Shown here: piece by piece, positions 62,017-64,000 of the stretch
Numbering within the stretch: the stretch's first letter is position 1
Layout of the letters: each line of letters opens with the position of its first letter
Source: an uncultured Verrucomicrobiae bacterium
GTDB lineage: Bacteria; Verrucomicrobiota; Verrucomicrobiia; Limisphaerales; UBA11358
Length of the DNA stretch: 64,000 nucleotides
Direction of reading: 5' to 3'
Assembly: GCA_963845665.1 (NCBI GenBank)
Contig: CAWJTA010000002.1
Coordinates: forward strand, 611,388-675,387
Notes under the pieces: generated by a model
The model's database searches: none
Told to the model about the DNA's origin: nothing
Seen by the model: the letters and a program-made list of their open reading frames with translations, nothing else
Made by a program: the position numbers and the translations under genes

Positions 62017-64000
62017 ATGAAGCCCGTCACCATAATCGTTGTCATCGCATTGCTTGTGGCCATCCTTGCCGTGGAACTAGCGTTATATCATGTAAAGCGC
62101 GCGCGGCAGGTTTCCGAACGGCTATCTTTGGCTCCCGTTGAATTGCGGTGTGATGACCTGAAAAATCCTGAGGGGGTTGATTTTCACAAACCGATGTTCG
62201 GTTGGATATTGCCGCCAGAGCAGGGCCGGCAACAGGCGGCCTATGAAATTCTCGTGGCTTCGTCCACGAATACCCTGGCACAAAACGATGCGGATGTTTG
62301 GGACAGTGGGAAAGTAGACTCCAGCCAGTCCCTCCAGGTCGATTATGAGGGCAAGGCGCTGGTCTCCGGGAGCGCTTATTTTTGGAAAGTGCGCGTTTGG
62401 GATGCCGGAGGGACGAAATCTCAGTGGAGTGTCCCGGCGTATTGGACGATGGGTTTGTTCAATACGTCTGATTGGAAAGGGAAATGGATTGGACACGATG
62501 AGGCGGAGGCGCCGGAATCGAGGGCTTTGCCGGCGCGCTGGTTGCGCAAAGAGTTCACCGTGTCCAAGCCGATTGACCGCGCGACGGTTTATTTTTCGGG
62601 GCTGGGATGGTCGGAATTATACGTGAACGGCCAGAGGGTTGGCGACCACGTCTTGTCGCCGCCGTTGAGCCAGTATCCCAATCGGGAATACTACGAGACG
62701 TACGGCGTCACGGACCTTTTAACCAACGGCGGCAACGCAATGGGTGTCGTTTTGGGCGATGGCCGGTTTTTTGCGCCTCGCACCAACGCCGCGAATGCGG
62801 GCTATCCCAAATTAATTCTCCAGCTTCACATCGCCTATGCGGACGGCACTGCCACAGATATCGTCAGCGACGCGTCCTGGAAATTGAGCACAGGCGGGCC
62901 GATTACGGCGAACAACGAATATGACGGTGAACAATACGATGCCCGCAAGGAATTTCCGGATTGGAGCCAGAGGGGATTTGACGATTCGGCCTGGCGACCG
63001 GCCGATTTGGTATCGGCGCCTGATGGCGTCCTATCGGGGGTGCGGCAGGAACCGGTGCGCGTGACGGAACAGGTAAAACCAGTGTCGATGAAAGAAATCA
63101 AGCCGGGCGTTTTCATCTTTGACATGGGCCAGAACATCGCCGGCTGGTGTGAATTGAAGGTAGAAGGCCCGGCGGGCACGCAAGTGACTCTTCGCCATGC
63201 CGAAACGCTCACGCCCGACGGCAATCTGTACACGGCGAACCTGCGGAGCGCGAAAGTCACGGACGTCTACACTCTCAAAGGCGGCGGGCCGGAGACCTGG
63301 CAACCGCGTTTTACGTTGCACGGTTTTCGGTACGTGGAAGTGACTGGATATCCCGGAAAACCGGCATTGGATTCGTTGACTGGATGTGTTGTGGGTGATG
63401 ATCTGCCGGATACCGGAGAGTTTGAGTGTTCGAACCCGCTCCTCAATAAGATTTATCACAATATTGTGTGGGGCGTGCGTGACAATTACCGGAGTATTCC
63501 CACCGATTGCTGCCAGCGCGATGAGCGCCAGGGCTGGCTGGGCGACCGGGCGGAGGAATCGCGCGGGGAGGCGTACTTCTTTGACAATGACGCTTTTTAT
63601 TCCAAATGGATGGAGGACATAGCCGATTGCCAGAGACCCAGTGGCAGCATTTCCAGCGTTTGTCCGACGTACTGGAGGATTTATGCGGACGATGTCACCT
63701 GGGCAAGCGCCAGCCTGGTGATTCCAGGGATGTTGCGAGACCAGTTTGGCGATAAACAGGCGGTTGCCGAACATTATGATTGCGCGAAAAAGTGGATGGA
63801 CCACATGGAAGGCTTTATCACGAACGGGATCATTAGCCAGGACGTTTACGGCGACTGGTGCATGCCTCCGGAAGACCCGAAGCTCATCCATTCCCGCGAC
63901 CCGTCGCGAATCACCGGGAAAGCTTTGCTGGCGACGCCATTCTTTTACAACGATCTGCGCCTGATGCGAAGCTACGCGCTGCAATTGGGCAAAACCAACG
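62017..64000 (+). CDS. Alpha-L-rhamnosidase (GH78), N-terminally anchored; 3' end runs off the window
   Basis: Absent from the ORF track because there is no stop in the window. Manual translation from the ATG at 62017 gives MKPVTIIVVIALLVAILAV..LRCDDLKNPEGVD..FGWILPPEQGRQQAAYEILVASS..YFWKVRVWDAGG..SELYVNGQRVGDHVLSP..FIFDMGQNIAGWCELKV..HGFRYVEVTGYPG..IPTDCCQRDERQGWLGD.., typical GH78 blocks. The long - strand ORF 63031..63984 is its antisense shadow. Confidence 0.88.
   Translation, partial: MKPVTIIVVIALLVAILAVELALYHVKRARQVSERLSLAPVELRCDDLKNPEGVDFHKPMFGWILPPEQGRQQAAYEILVASSTNTLAQNDADVWDSGKVDSSQSLQVDYEGKALVSGSAYFWKVRVWDAGGTKSQWSVPAYWTMGLFNTSDWKGKWIGHDEAEAPESRALPARWLRKEFTVSKPIDRATVYFSGLGWSELYVNGQRVGDHVLSPPLSQYPNREYYETYGVTDLLTNGGNAMGVVLGDGRFFAPRTNAANAGYPKLILQLHIAYADGTATDIVSDASWKLSTGGPITANNEYDGEQYDARKEFPDWSQRGFDDSAWRPADLVSAPDGVLSGVRQEPVRVTEQVKPVSMKEIKPGVFIFDMGQNIAGWCELKVEGPAGTQVTLRHAETLTPDGNLYTANLRSAKVTDVYTLKGGGPETWQPRFTLHGFRYVEVTGYPGKPALDSLTGCVVGDDLPDTGEFECSNPLLNKIYHNIVWGVRDNYRSIPTDCCQRDERQGWLGDRAEESRGEAYFFDNDAFYSKWMEDIADCQRPSGSISSVCPTYWRIYADDVTWASASLVIPGMLRDQFGDKQAVAEHYDCAKKWMDHMEGFITNGIISQDVYGDWCMPPEDPKLIHSRDPSRITGKALLATPFFYNDLRLMRSYALQLGKTN

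Overview
This is a chromosomal window from a moderately GC-rich genome. I infer a Verrucomicrobiota-type organism from the PEP-CTERM protein, a giant protein with autotransporter-associated beta-strand repeats, prepilin-like N-termini and dense GC-rich mosaic intergenic repeats; I ran no search. Housekeeping genes I recognise are tig, typA/bipA, mnmG, lepB, tRNA-Arg(CCG), a TolC-like outer-membrane protein, a CPA2 antiporter, an MsbA-like ABC exporter, yjbQ, a macro-domain protein, a two-component pair, an AraC regulator and a GH78 rhamnosidase. Two genes run off the window ends and are missing from the ORF track: a TPR/GT-C-like membrane protein at 1..2155 (-) and the GH78 gene at 62017..64000 (+). 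Between these lie accessory stretches of short hypothetical genes at about 7-10.7 kb, 16-26 kb and 47-49 kb. Main observations: (1) a non-coding element of about 45 nt, in about ten copies, always points into the 5' end of small accessory genes, and three long-form copies form a cassette-like array next to a GIY-YIG gene and tRNA-Arg; (2) two homologous, helically phased arrays of six direct GTTACA sites; (3) an orphan ART-like (R-S-E type) toxin ORF with an overlapping small immunity-like ORF, just downstream of a 1464-aa surface protein; (4) extensive modular REP-like mosaic repeats, densest on both sides of mnmG; (5) an IS with 25-bp terminal inverted repeats; (6) single-nucleotide frameshifts in three conserved genes (typA twice, the MsbA-like gene, yjbQ), which may mean indel errors in the assembly and limit pseudogene calls. 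I found no CRISPR array, rRNA, integron integrase or recognisable defence system. All functional calls come from motif recognition by eye, with no database search.
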